Assembly (NCBI GenBank): GCA_002633005.1
Contig: NMRA01000046.1
Location: 118,510-182,509, forward strand
Length of the DNA: 64,000 bases
From: Phoronis australis
Taxonomy: Eukaryota; Animalia; Phoronida
Direction: 5' to 3'
Below are positions 39,060-52,497 of this stretch, piece by piece. The notes beneath the pieces were generated by a model. It searched no databases. It was not told the DNA's origin and was given only the letters and a program-made list of their open reading frames with translations. The position numbers were made by a program, and so were the translations under genes. How positions within the stretch are numbered: position 1 is the first letter of the stretch; each line of letters starts with the position of its first letter.

Positions 39060-40296
39060 GTATGAGTTGTGTTAGTCAACTCGTCGTGAAACTTATATCG
39101 CAGAGCCAACGACCGACGACCGGGATGCATGCAAAATCTGGGAGACAATTCGGACACTCACCTTGCCCGTTCAGCGCCAGTCGTTTAAGGGAAGAACAAT
39201 CTAATAAACGTCATTTTCCTCTCGGCCTTTTTGAAACAGTACGCTCGAGAAACGCGCACGCGCCGTACTAAAATTTGCGACTACTTTTGGGACATGATAA
39301 CAGCTTCGCAGCAGTGAAGTTTGTTCTAAATTCGGTTTGTTGGTCTTAAAAATGCTAATAACTTGTAACGAAATGAGACCAGTTCCGACAGTTCGTTGTG
39401 ACAGTACGCAACCTCGTGGCAGCAAAGAACAGTTGATAGAAGAATAAACCGCGGGAAAAGAAACTGTTCAGGTCAGGTGACGTAATCGCCAAACGCCGAC
39501 TCCTAAGAGCGCACTTCAATTTTAGCAGTAGATGAGTGGTAGGCCTAGAACGATAATTCTTCCAACACCGGTAAATAATTTGGTTTACTCAAAGAGCGGT
39601 GCAGCTTTTAATAACACTATTTTTGCGTCAGATTTTATTTAGTCCTTTTTACCCACATCGACGTGAAGCTGCAGATTTTGTATACAGCTTTGCACGAAGC
39701 CTAAATCAGATCTTGCCGATCGGGAAAGTTTGTCGCCAGGCCTTGTCGTGTTTACGGATCTATTCCACGCACGGCACACGACGTGATCGGTGGGGAAGTT
39801 GTACAAATATATCCCATTGCAGCTGACATTGCTACACCACGCAATGAGGCATTTTAGCCCAGAGATCGACAAGTGCAGAACGTCCAAGAAATGGCACTCA
39901 GTTGTTACGCAGTGTGGCTCCCCAGTAAATTCGTGGCCACGATGATGTCATATGAACCACTTTACATGTACGTTGATTGGTTGAGATTTTTTCGGGGGCG
40001 CTCGAAGGGGCTACGAATTATGAGCGGTGTAATTTGCGTCTCAATTAATTACTTTCCGTGGTATGTAAGAAGCAAAAACATTTTTTTATGTACATTTATG
40101 CATTTCTGGTGTCAAAAAGTTGTTTTAGCCGCTGGACGCTGTCTTTAAGACTGCGTAAGGAGGTATCCTCCTGCTCCTCCCCCCTAAATCTATCGATTCA
40201 CTTTTGAAAGTGCACTTGGGTGATTTAGTAGAGAAAATTTCACGCGGGAAAGGCAAGATCACCCGAGCGGAAGGTTAGTGTTTCTCCGGATATTAC

Positions 40297-40438
40297 CAGG
40301 GTCGTGGGGGGGGGGCAGAGCAGAGCATTAGCCAGGATTTTGCCCGTCGAACATTCGCACCCCCGAACTGCTACATGTAATCTAAGAGAATTTTAGGGGG
40401 GCCATGGTCCCCTTGGCCCCCCTCTAAATCCGCCACTG
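40297..40438. mobile_element. GC-rich MITE right end (CAGTGGCGGA family)
   Basis: ATTAGCCAGGATTTTGCCCGTC...CCCCCTCTAAATCCGCCACTG, closely similar to 51186-51301. Confidence 0.65.
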
Positions 40439-43400
40439 ACTCACGTACACTAGCGCAGGTGTCACCACTGAAACAATTGCTCAACGAAATTGGAAAGTTA
40501 AGCAACAAAATCCATGGTTTCCGTTCTATTAAGTTTGATTTTTCTCTGAAACTGCCTCACGACTGTTTTTCGTTTGCGGAACACTCTCTTGCGTATACAT
40601 GAACCACACTGTAGCTTTCGTTGCCGTGCTGAAATTGTGTTTCATTTGCCATCTGAGGTGAACCTTGTGCTAATAATAGCAAACCATTTATGCGAGTAAT
40701 GTGATAAACTGAACGACCATTTTCCATCATTCAAGGTAAAAGAGATAATTTAATGAACCTTTAGATTAAAATGTAGAATTTTGTGTCTATTAAAGGTGTT
40801 TTTATACCGGCCCTGCTTCTGGTTGTGTAGTGCCACGAACCGAGTATACGGAGCTTACCTTGCCCTTCCCTGTGCCTATGTAGGTCGACGTAGAAATACG
40901 CCAAGGCAAAAATGTTAAGGGACTATTAGCCCTCCTTCCTTCACAAAAAATAACTTTTGATTTAAATCATTTACCGTCATGAAATCAGTCTCAAATTGAT
41001 TTTTAGTCAAATTAAATGTGATTTGGAAAGAACACACAATTCGTCATTGACGAATCTCCACATGTTATCGCGGCGTGTCATTTTATTCGTCGATCATGAT
41101 CTCACCAATAACAAACTATCGGTTCTGTGCAAGACCAAAAATCCCTTCTATTCCAAGTTAGTAAACAAGCTGAAAACAATTTTATAACGGTAAGAGGCAA
41201 GCTTCTTTGACGAAACCGCAATTAAATCCCCATTCAGTCACCGCGGAGAAGGGCCTAAGATCACCATTACCATCTCGGCAAATTTCTCCAGTTATCTTTT
41301 TAATTCTACTTTTAACCGGGCCATGCAACTTTATGTTTTTAAAGCACTCTTGCCCATAGATTTGATTATTTCGTACACTGACACAAATAATGCCCAGATA
41401 CTTGCAATCCTATGCCTGTATTTTCTTTAAAATATCAATTTTCAGGTAGAGTGATTAGATTTCGTACCAAGCATGAGACCAAGAAATTCTACAATCGAAC
41501 CTTATCACAACGAACATAGCGTTGAACTTGCATTGGGACTAGTTGTAACCAAATTAACTTTTAAAGAAAATAAAAAAAACATCGAGAATCATCACAGTTG
41601 GGTTTTAGGTGGCAGAAATAAAACAAATAACGTGCATTGGCCGTACGTCAATAGTAATGGCCCCAACACCGGAATGAGCAATTATACTTCAATCACTCAA
41701 ATATCCACCATATACAGGGCCAATAAACCTATGCCTTCGGTTAAAAGCCAAATTTAGGTTTAAGACACTTGATGTAAAAATGGTCTCATCTTTTTTAGTG
41801 CTCAGATCATAGTTAGAAAAGATTTTCAGGCTTGAAAAAACTGACAGGTCACGATACAACACGAGCTTGGCATGACCAGCAAGCCTCATTATTACACGGC
41901 CTCTGATACTTCTGCCTTTTGATTAGCTGAAACAACTTCCGATATAACGTACTCTTATATGACCACACACCCTTTCCTATTATCACGAAAAGGTAGCACT
42001 GTGGATTGGTAGTGTGATATGGCTTCTCATTAGTTAACTGAACGAAGTAACATTCAGACATTCCTATGGGTTGATGTTGGGAAATGCATCAATACGACTG
42101 CTTCATAAATTGAGAAATGCCGTTGTGGTGGTTGCTGCAACCACAAGAACATATGAATTAGATGCGTCCATTTCTTTGACACACACACGATTGCAAAGCG
42201 TCTAACTAAACAACAAAAGATTCACTATACTTTTCCCGCTAATGCGGTGTCATGTGTATATATGACGTCGAAATTCAGATATGCGCAGTGATGTCCTCAC
42301 ATGAAACTTCGTGAGTCTTTTATCATTTCACATGGACCACAGTGGCAGATGGTAACACGACCACTGATAATTCCAATCTATACCCAATATATCACATTTT
42401 GAGGCCTGTAAGCCAACATAATGACCAAGAGTCAATACTTGTTTTGCTATATGCTTACGCTTAGTAAGAAATTTATGGAAGGAGCCCGTTTGGGCGTTCG
42501 ATTGTTTGTCAACTAGTTCGGTCAGTCACCTACCATTTTTTACCCAAAATGTAGCGGAGAGATTGAGAAAAAACTTCCAAGATTTGCTTGGTTTGGGAAA
42601 AAAACACTCGATTATGTTTTCATGGGAAAGGTATAATATTTTGGTGTCATATGATGAAGTAATTGCAGCTTCACGAAAATATTGTGTAATGACATTTGAA
42701 ACGGCGTTGCAATAGTAGCGGTCAATATTGCGATTTATTGACTTCGTGATCATACTGAACAACTTGGTATGGAATATCAGTTTTCGTTCATACCGCTCGG
42801 ACGTCAGATGTCGCTATTCGCGATCTGACCAATCAGACATTGTAGAAACCAAAGACACGATACATATTGCATTGTTTTTATACCTATGGTAGAAACCATA
42901 TCTGCCGACCACAAGCGAGAACACGACATCGGCACATTGTAGCAGGTAAGAACAGGCTAATCTAATAAGAGCCGGAAAATTAGAGGAAAGACGCATTAAT
43001 TAGTAGGCGTGTAATGACACAATTAAGATTGACTTAATCCTATAGTGTATAAGATCGGCCTCGTACAACATTACTCTCCCTCGATCTAAATGACCTGACT
43101 TCTATCACCCTCGAGATTGGTCCATACTTGTATTGAACACTTGTGTACACTGAGACGGGTGTCTTGCTTTGTATTTCATTTGTATGTACAACATTGATCT
43201 TTACTTCTTTACTGTATAGCTTTTAGCAAGACAGGTCAGGGTACAATATAAAACGCTAATTCCAGGCCAAAAATTCCCGTTAAGTATGAAAAGCTGTAGT
43301 CAGCTACCTAATTCTTTACATTAAAAAATGGAAAAGAGTCACAGTTAATTCAGTCATCGGATGTCCCTCCAATCGGTGGCATTCTTTAATATGAAAGGTT

Positions 43401-44141
43401 GCACGATTTCACAAACATATCATTGGGGTCCCAGTCCTCGAGTGACCCCTTAATTGAAGAGAAAGGGAGTAAATTAAAGCTGGAATACCATGGGTACAAT
43501 CGTCAAGAACTCTCCAAGGACTGGCCGTGAGAGAACGAGAGTTTCTCGGACACTTTAGAAGTACAGTATTAGATCGCGTTTACAAGCGTTCAACGATCTA
43601 CACTGCAAAACAATTCTGCCACAGCTCCCTTGCTAACAGAATTCTCCTGGCCATGGCGTCCCAAGAGTAAACATAGCACTGTTTTCCTAAGGTTTTGCTT
43701 CTACACGTTTCTGTCGCTGAATCTTCCTTTCTATGAAACGCGTAGAAATATGCTTAATGAGCTCGTAGTTTTGCCTAATCAACACACAGTTTTACTTAAT
43801 CAACGCGTAGTTTTGCTTGTTCAACTTGTACTTTTCGTTCTTAAATGATCATCGTTCAGTTCTTATTCAACGCGCAATATTGCCTTATCACGCGTAGTTT
43901 TACTTAATCTTTGTGCTGAACTATAGTCATTCGTTAGGTCCAATCAAAGACAAATTTGCATTCAGTACGTACACGTAACGGCACCATCCTTTACGTGGTC
44001 ACGTGATAAGCATCTGCACGTTCTTCAAAAATTGCCTTGCACCCATGTAGAAAGTCATGTGATATGACAGCACGGGCGTGATTGGGCTATACAAACTGAC
44101 TAAAAGTACCCTTTTAAAAAGCCATAGTGTGCGCTGATTAA

Positions 44142-46520
44142 AGGAAAAGGCAACCTTTTTTCATGTCACTTTTAGCAAAAATAATGTTCTTTGATTATCC
44201 CCGACATATTTTTACTTAATTACAGATTTTCGTAATTTAATCAATTATTCGTTCTTTACTCCGGAAGTGACGATTTGGGAGGCAAGAATTTCGCGCCAAT
44301 TTCTTTTCGTATAGTGTGACTGTGAGAGCTGTTGAGTCAGTTATTGTTATACCTCGGCTGTGACACGTTCGGTCGTCATTTGCTTTTGTTTATGAATCAG
44401 TCAACATGCAACACTGTTGCTGTTTACCGGGATGTACTCATTATAGCCCAGAGCCTGTGAGCAACCCTGCTGCGATGTTGAGCAGAGAGAGTGAATACAG
44501 GCCCCGTTCGACATCCGCAGTGATAGTCTAGTTGCCAGCCCAATAGCTCCCATAGTGAACCCTGCAATGTTGATTACTATAAAAATTTTTGTTGAAATAT
44601 ATTAAATATAGTCAGGAGAACAAAATTAGCTTGGTTGCACTTAGTGCAACTTTGAGCATTTTTTGCAATTCAAGATGGCGGATTCCGCTATTTTGAATTT
44701 CGACCAACTTTGTTTTTTTCAACTTGATTACTAACAGGGTCGTGTAATACATTGTTTATACCATTTTCTGTGATGGGGAGTCCATTTCTGGAGTTATTTT
44801 ATTAATACGGGGTCATCTTCAAGGTCAATCCAGAGGTCAAAAGTCAAAACTGCCTAGCAGCCTTCTGACATTTAGTTTTTAACTCACTATTTTTCATTTC
44901 CTTCGTTAACCTCTTCAAGATATATTTTCAAAATGCTCACTATTACACACATGTACTATAGTGGGCCAAACAGTTTGATAACAAGTTTCATGAGGGTTGT
45001 ATGGCATGGAAATGCACATACGCTCAGCAGTTTAATGCTCGTGCGTCTAGTATGGGTACTGCCCATTACTCCAAAAATACTCCGAAAAACCTCTACTCGG
45101 AAGAAACCCACGTCTCCTCCAAATATGAACGCATTTGTTTCATTTTATAACACTAATACATGGGCGCACCCAGTCTAAAATATTGGGAGCTCAAATTTTT
45201 GGCAATGTGGACCTCTTACGAACAAACAACATAAGACTAAAAAAACGGGATATCACGTTCAAGGCCATGAATTGTGTATTCGCGCCTTTTTAGTGGACTT
45301 TTGTCTTGTTTTCTCGGACTTTTTGTGGTTTTGAGTCGGACGTTTTTGCCCACTTCGCCAAATGGGGGGCTCGTTCGCGCTCCCCGAGCCACCTCCCCTT
45401 GGGTACGCGCATGTAATGTATATTCACTATGAGGAGACAGTGTGGTGTAGTGTCCTTCCTCTACGCAAGGTTGCGTTTTCGAGTCACACGGGGCACACTT
45501 ATTGTCGCCTGAGTCAAGTCCCTAGATACTTAGCCCTGTATCAACTAATAAAGCATAACGATGGTCCAAGGTGATCTGTGCGAAAGGCCTTCCTCAGCGG
45601 TATGCCTAGGTCTGGTACAACAATATTTTCAACTAGTTATTGAAATACTGGGAGGATATCTTATTTCAGTATTTAGCTATCCCTTATTCTTTATATAATG
45701 GAATCACAGAAATGATAATTCCGCATTGCCCATAAATTTAACATTTCCTTGCGCAAAAGAAATGAATTTTCCTTGTTTTTAGTTCAACGTGACCTTTGAC
45801 CTCTCATTTGACCTTGACTTTGACATTGCATCCATAAAATAATATCAGAAATGGACTCCCCGTCCAAAAAAAATTGGAAACCATAAATTGCAGGATCGAA
45901 TACGGTATCATGTTCAGAGTGTGGAAATTAGGCGAAATTCAAAATAAAACTTTACAGTAAACAACATTGCTGGGTCAACTTTTTGGCAAGTAGACTATGA
46001 CGAGGACAGTTCGTCGTCCAATGAATAGATCGGCGAGCCAAATTTTGATAAGTTTATTGAGGACTTGTCTAATGTATTGGAGCTATTTAGAAGGTACCAG
46101 GTGTGTGGCGAGGGAGTCATACGGCGGGATGTAAGCAGTTTGTGTGCTCAGGTCACCATCCAGTTGGAGTGTGTCGCGGAACATTCGGGCAAGTGGAAGA
46201 ATTGTTCTTCTGTCCGTGAGACGATAATGAGTACATCTCGGTAAGCAGCAGCAGTGTGGCATGTGGACTGACTCGTAAAAAAAGAAGACGACGACCAAAC
46301 TAATCACAACAGAGGTAGAACAACGACTGACTCGGCAGCTCTCACCGTAAGACTATATGAAAAGAAATTGGCGCGAAATACTTGCCTCCCAAAACTTCCG
46401 GAGTAAAGGACGAGTAATTGCTTCAATTACAAAAGGCTGTAATTAAATGAAAAATATGTCTGGGATAATCCAGGAACCTTATTTTTGCTAAAAATGACAT
46501 GAAAAAGGTTGCCTTCACCT
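44142..46520. mobile_element. Non-autonomous long-TIR DNA transposon with a TTAA TSD (Kolobok-like)
   Basis: TTAA at 44138-44141 and 46521-46524. The ends AGGAAAAGGCAACCTTTTT and AAAAAGGTTGCCTTCACCT start imperfect TIRs of ~220 bp (44142-44363 versus ~46304-46520). Further internal IRs at ~44520-44850 versus ~45790-46000. No transposase ORF. Confidence 0.8.
45159..45413. mobile_element. Small MITE nested in the TTAA element
   Basis: Ends CATGGGCGCACCCAG and TTGGGTACGCGCATG, with flanks TAATA and TAATG. Confidence 0.6.
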
Positions 46521-47204
46521 TTAAGTGAAACTGCATGTTGATTAAACAAATGTGAGCGTTGAATAAGAGCAGAATGATGATCGTTTAAGAACTATACGAA
46601 CACGTTGATTAAGAAAACCTACGCGTTGATTAAGCACATTTTAACACACAGAAAGGTTCTCGTTTAAGAACCCTTTGGCGCTTCATATTTTTCGACTGCC
46701 CCAGTGCCGTCCCAGCCCAGTCGCCACGGTTTCTCTTTGACGCCTATTACCCAATGCTTGGTGTTCATAGCCCCATAGCTTTACAGCATACAGCATAGCC
46801 TTAGTGTGCACGACATTGATGGCCTAACCTGAATATTTTATAAGTTAGAATTCGCAGTTGTTACAAAAGAGTAGACTGTCTTGGGATTCAGTTTTGCACT
46901 GAATTATTTTGTTTTATCTGTGTGGAGCTTGTTTATTTTACGGCTTTCGTCTCTTCTCGAAATCAATGCATATTCAAGTCACGAATGACGCACTGCCCGC
47001 TTTGAGGTTGAGAATGATAAAAACAGAATTCCCTTTACTAGCAGCGTCTTCTTCAAGATCATAAACGCTGCTAACCTTATCTAACGATCCACGGTATTCC
47101 ATGAAGAGCAGGCTTTCTTAAATATGAAAGTAGGTGTATGTATTGTTCTTGTTTCGCTCCTCGTACGTCTTGGGAATGCATATTTTCATATTAATTATTT
47201 AAGA

Positions 47205-47221
47205 AGTTATTTTGGTTTCAG
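47205..47221 (+). promoter_or_regulatory. Probable 3' splice acceptor in front of the GPCR coding exon
   Basis: AT-rich intron-like sequence ends TTATTTTGGTTTCAG (AG at 47220-47221), 21 nt before the ATG. Confidence 0.6.
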
Positions 47222-47242
47222 ACGGCACCTGAAGAAGACGAG

Positions 47243-48391
47243 ATGTTGTTGTGTGGGCGCAATATAGACACAGGCAACACAAATGTGGTGTATAACTTGT
47301 CAGGATACAATTTTTCGCAATGCCCGCTGTCAGGAAATGCACCAGTTTTCTTTACGAATTCATCTGAAGAAGGTCGTGTGCTTGCCGTATCACTGGCATT
47401 TTTTGTGATCCTGTTACCGGTCGTCATTTGTGTGGGTTTATGTGGTAACATTGTGTCACTGGTGGTGTTTCTGTCGACTGGAATGCGAAAACAACACGCC
47501 AGTGTTTACCTGGTGGCAATATCTATGTCTGACATAACCGTCTTACTGGCACACGTTCTTATAGAGTGGATACAGAACGGACTCGTCGACGCGATAGATA
47601 GCCCGTCTCTCGAAGCCTTGAAAAACTTGTTGGCAGACGACGGAATTTGCAAAATACGAACCTATATTTCGGGCGCAGCTCGATTCCTTTCGGCTTGGCT
47701 TGTAGTTGTGTTCACGTGCGAGAGGTACATTGGCGTATGCCACCCATTTAAGAAATTAGAAATTTGTACAGTGTCTTGGTCGCGAAAAGTTGTATTATCA
47801 TTTCTTCTTATTTCGTTAACAGTTTCAATTTACAACCCGATTTTAAACGTAAAAGAAAAATTTGGAACTTTGACCCAGTGTACTTGTAGAAGAAGCTTCG
47901 AAAAAACCTGCAGGTACCTAAACGGTACTTACGGCTTCATAATTACCGTGTTACCTTGCGTCGTCATCTTTGTATTGAATTCTCTAATGGCCTACAAGCT
48001 GTGTCGGCGAAATCGGACGCAAAAACAATCTTTTCAGATGTCTGCAGATGCTTCAATCAAAATGGAGTTCACGTTCATTCTGCTTGCGTTATCAACGACG
48101 TTCCTCGTGTTAAACTTACCATATTTTCTTGTGTGGGCAGTAGCGTTCATTGGCAAAATATCATCTCTTAAGGAAGCACTTTATATTACAAAGGCGTTTT
48201 ATTTCATTAATTATTGCATCAACTTCTTCTTATACAGTATGACTGGTGCGTATTTCCGCCGCGAGCTGAGAGTGGTCTGCGGCCAAAAGAAACCGAATGA
48301 CGGCAAAGGTTTTCATAGAAGAATGACGACGACAAACTCTAACAGTTCTAATCTAACTGGTGCCACTCAAACCCAAACTTCATGGGTTTAG
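47243..48391 (+). CDS. Class A (rhodopsin-like) 7TM GPCR, FMRFamide/sex-peptide-receptor-like orphan peptide receptor, 382 aa
   Basis: Intact ORF with seven hydrophobic segments: TM1 GLCGN, TM2 YLVAISMSD, TM3 C...SAWLVVVFTCERYIGVCHP, TM5 TVLPCVVIFVLN, TM6 FLVLNLPY and TM7 NYCINFFLY, plus helix 8 FRREL. It has N-terminal N-glycosylation sequons and a Ser/Thr-rich tail. Candidate AATAAA at 49198-49203. Confidence 0.95.
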   Translation: MLLCGRNIDTGNTNVVYNLSGYNFSQCPLSGNAPVFFTNSSEEGRVLAVSLAFFVILLPVVICVGLCGNIVSLVVFLSTGMRKQHASVYLVAISMSDITVLLAHVLIEWIQNGLVDAIDSPSLEALKNLLADDGICKIRTYISGAARFLSAWLVVVFTCERYIGVCHPFKKLEICTVSWSRKVVLSFLLISLTVSIYNPILNVKEKFGTLTQCTCRRSFEKTCRYLNGTYGFIITVLPCVVIFVLNSLMAYKLCRRNRTQKQSFQMSADASIKMEFTFILLALSTTFLVLNLPYFLVWAVAFIGKISSLKEALYITKAFYFINYCINFFLYSMTGAYFRRELRVVCGQKKPNDGKGFHRRMTTTNSNSSNLTGATQTQTSWV

Positions 48392-49689
48392 AATTCAGAT
48401 CACAACGACTTTCCCGATAAACCAATCAGGCTTGAAAGGGAAGGTAGAATGGTTGGTCTTAGTTGGAACACCGAACTACCGTAATGTTCGTACCGAAGGC
48501 AGTGGGTTGGATTTAATCCTATTGGGACTTGTTCTCACTGAAAGTTATCTCCAGAGTTCAGACAGACTGTCTATTGGGTAAAAATGATATTTGAAAACAA
48601 CGATCTCGTAAAGCAAACTAAGTTTTCGATATGCACAGATACTGGAAATGTCTGCAAGTAAGCCGCAAGGCGTATATTCAGAACATGGCATTTTTGCCTT
48701 TCTACTACCCCAATTATAAGCCCAGGCGTGCTTTAGGAATCAGATGCATATTAACGAAATATATGTCTGTGATTTTGTCATGAAACGAGCAGTCCCAGTA
48801 TCGTATTTGTAGTTAAAGAGTTTATGGTATCATAAGTAGCACGCTTAGCAAGATCGGCTATAAACGCCCCCTTCCGGTCAAAAAGTTTTGATTTAGGACA
48901 TTTTCCATTGTAAATGTGGTCTTAACTGGTTCCGGACGTGGATTAAAATGATTCTCGGGCTTGGGAAGAACTGACAGTTCATCGTTGCTTGATATCTTGA
49001 TATTAGCCTAGATCATTTGCTTTGTCACGTCATGTCTTTTCAGGCGCCAGGAATTACCGTCAATTCCGTCCCTGGCGTGGAAACTATTCCTCATCTGAAT
49101 AAGGAAAAAGTTGAGACGAATTTTATAGTGGAAAGTATCATAAGTTAATTTCGTTGTCGGTTGAAGATGGGCTTACAGCTGACAGTTTTATTTTGTAAAT
49201 AAACCATACACGCGCTGATATTAACAATGCCGTGTTTCTTATAAAGCCTTGTTTTTGTTTGGTTACTAGCTGACACTATTCAGTTCGGGAAATCCTGAAA
49301 ACCAAACATTTCAATTTTGACTCCAAAAGTAGGCCCATGTAGTGCTTATGTTTGAAAATATTGTTGTTGTGTGTAGGCCCTTGAGGGCCTGTTTGCGCAA
49401 AATTACGGTTTGAATTCAATGGACACCAGGATTTTACGTATATAAGCCCGTGGACGTGTTTTCGAAAAATGAAAAATTTCAGGTGTTTTAGTAACACGAA
49501 ATAAACGTTCGGGCATTCATTCAGAAAACGGGGATGTAAACGGAAAGTTATAATTTGACATTTTTTACTTAAAGCTGGTTTTTTTAAATTTTATGTTAAT
49601 AAATGCTTAGTTCGTCAACACTTTGTTAGTTTTTATAAATGATGAATGTTCCACGAAACTGAATTTGAGACTAAAAGTTGAGTTGAGTG

Positions 49690-49840
49690 GGCTTTTGAGA
49701 GTAAATTTTCCGAATAAGCGCCCCACTATCTGGGCACTTAACACCAGAAATTGTAACTTCAAATAAACGGCCATGGGCGTTTATTCGGCATAAGTTTTCG
49801 AATAAAAGCCCATGGGCTTTTCTTCGGTTGGGCTTATCTG
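49690..49840. mobile_element. Decayed MITE with AATAAGCGCCC/GGGCGTTTATTCG repeats (Tc1/mariner-pogo-like)
   Basis: CGAATAAGCGCCCC, AATAAACGGCCATGGGCGTTTATTCG and CGAATAAAAGCCCATGGGCTTTTCTTCG palindromic units. Confidence 0.45.
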
Positions 49841-50191
49841 CGTGAAATCCCGGTAGTAACAATACTAGCCACCATAGAACTCTAGTCCTGGAATGCCAAC
49901 TCCCGCACGCGACCTATGTATTATATTATTAGAGCTTGCAACCCCGAGACTAGCCGCGAGAGTTTGCACCATAGTACATGGACTGCCAACTCCGTATATT
50001 TTCAATGGCCGAAATCTGTGATCTAACGCATAAGCCGTGACGTCACTATTCACTAGTGATATCTGCCTCCCGTTCAGTAACGCTAAAACCTCGCTGAAAA
50101 GCAAGACTTCGCGAGATGACGTGAGACACTGCCGTATATTTCAAATAAGAGCACGTGGCGTTAGCTAGATTTTAGATTGGCCCTAGCGTAG

Positions 50192-51301
50192 GCATAGGCG
50201 GATTTNNNNNNNNNNNNGTATAGGCTCTCCCGCGATATCCCAGGTGACCGGCAGTGGTGCTGCGCACTACGACTCCATTTCCGTCGTCTGCAATGAAGAA
50301 AATTACTTCATTTTTTAAAGAAAATGGAATCTGAGTAGAAGCTGCTAGTAAGATGTGAATTTTAATCGAAGCCGGAGTGAATCACTCAGAAACTCATAAT
50401 TCTCTCTTTGTCAAACCTTAACTTTAAAGATGATTTCCAGACCAATTTTCACGAAAGACGTCGCTCTAGTCGGTTGGCGACTAGTCTTTCACATATGGCA
50501 CATCACATTTACAAAATACCTCGAAAAACGGGTGATGAGGCTGGATATCGCGAGATCATATCGGTTCGTATCCGCGCCAAATAAACCGCAGAAAAACGTT
50601 TCGTCATTGTAATTTGAATGAGTTTTGTAGCAGTTAGGACTAAATTCTTAAAAATGATAATTATAATCCTTGTAGATGAGAAAATCCGTATTTGTCGACT
50701 CGTTTGTGTATCAAAATAAATACTTATCTCCCTTGTCATGCATACTCAGGGAATTCCCTGTCAATGGAATCCCCTAGTACAGAATCGCGACGAATGCGGA
50801 CGATATTGGAGGGCCTGTAGTATTAATTGAAGCAATTTTAAAACGAAAAACATCATTGAAACGGTTTAGTTATCACTAAGTGAACAAACAATGTTCACTG
50901 TGCGATTAAAATAAAACTAGCAGAAGAAGCACAGTTGACAGGTCAACTAATTGCGCTTTGTTGCCTCGGGGAGTTGGGCAGCAGACGTTGGGATTCGGAA
51001 GCGTTGGGTCCTTGCGGGTAGCGGACGAGAGGGGAAAACACGTTCGGTTTTTTTAGTCCAACGACAGATTTCTAGAGCAGAAGGTATACATCCTCGGCGC
51101 CCGCAACTTCCGGGCCGCCTGCGTGAATACAATCGCACTTTCCGGCCGCTTCTCCGAGGATGTCGCCCCCCCCCNNNNNNNNNNNAGTATTAGCCAAGAT
51201 TTTGCCCGTCAGACATTCGCGCTCCTGAACTGCCAAATGGAATCTGGGAGAATTTTAGGGGGGGGCATGGTCCCCTTGGCTCCCCTCTAAATCCGCCACT
51301 G
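50192..51301. mobile_element. Longer member of the CAGTGGCGGA MITE family, with N-gaps at 50206-50217 and 51175-51185
   Basis: Left end CATAGGCGGATTT followed by Ns. The right end matches 40326-40438 and terminates AAATCCGCCACTG. Pairing of the two ends is inferred. Confidence 0.45.
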
Positions 51302-52369
51302 TGTTCTGTCCAGTTAACTGAAATTGAGCTCTAAAACGAGATTGTGCCTTGGACGAAAGAATAAGGTGTTTTAATTTTAAAATTCAACTTGGTCAAGATT
51401 GATAATTGAAGAATATAACACATGAAATAAATGTAATTATTAAAACCAAGAAAGCAGAATTGATACGGTCATATAATTTTTATTTTCAATTGCGAGCCTG
51501 GTTATCGGAATCATAATACATATTTAATAACATCAAGTATTATTTCAGACAAATCAGCTGTTAGTCCCGGTAGTGCCTACCTCACCAGGACCTAGGCAAT
51601 GCTTGAAGCTAATAGGCCTAATCAACAAATTATACCAGATGAGACTAATTACACATGGCAGCAAATGCGATGAGCCACCACTGTCGAATATATCTTCAAC
51701 TCGACAACAATACGACCAGATGACCTGGTTTGTGTAGAAAGAATTTTATCAAGAATTTACTGAGAAGAAACGTAACCCTGCATTCAGCATGATACCTAAT
51801 CCGTTACACTAAGATCGCCGCAATTTGGTCATGTTTACTTTTCATGTTCCGAACCTAGTTTTCCGGAAAAAATTATATTCTTTCGTCAGACAACTCTTTG
51901 GTGCATTGGCTTGTTCTTTAAGTGTATTTTTCTACGTCTCTGTGGTTAATTATTGACACATTGTCTAAGATTTAATATTCAGGTTGGACTCCAAAGACCG
52001 GTCATTTAACTCACGTAAATTTCCGCTTTGTTTATAGCAGTGAGCCTCGCTTTGGATTTTAATGTCTGCCGCGTGAATTGGGTCTATTGACGATCGCGAT
52101 TCAGCGACGCATCAGTCGGCAAGTTTTCACCCGGTAATGAGCGCAATTTTTTGAAAAATTATAGTAATTTAACAACGGAATTTGATAGCAATGCACCACA
52201 ATTTTGTAGAAAGGCTACAAATACGTTAAAGAGCGTAAATTTGATGAATTCTAGCTTCCGATTTTACCCGTTTCGGAAACCGGGTTTCAACTGCCGTAGG
52301 CTACAATACGCGTCCCCTCCCCGTGAAATGAATTTTTCTAAGCGTTTATTACACGGATGAGAAACAACA

Positions 52370-52497
52370 TGACCGCCGGTCCTCTAAACAGGACCTCCGG
52401 GGATCAAATGGGACCGCCGCACCAGAAAATCTGACTGACGCACTTAAAAACATGAACGCCCCACCACAAAACTGGACCGCCGGGGACAAAAACCGCA
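52370..52497. repeat. Degenerate ~21-bp tandem units (GGACCGCCG core), probably subterminal repeats of a transposon
   Basis: ATGACCGCCGG, AGGACCTCCGG, GGGACCGCCGC, ATGAACGCCCC and TGGACCGCCGG. Confidence 0.5.

Larger units (their letters stand above)
43732..46689. mobile_element. Foldback element with arms of ~21-bp repeats, interrupted by the TTAA element
   Basis: The left arm at 43732-43910 (TACTTAATCAACGCGTAGTTTT units, TTCTTAAATGATCATCG) is the reverse complement of the right arm at 46525-46689. Removing 44142-46524 restores a sequence colinear with 32170-32519. Confidence 0.7.

Noticed and set aside
50206-51185. Short N runs as a biological signal
   Set aside because: They are assembly or base-calling gaps at probable G/C homopolymers in MITE ends (also at 4265).
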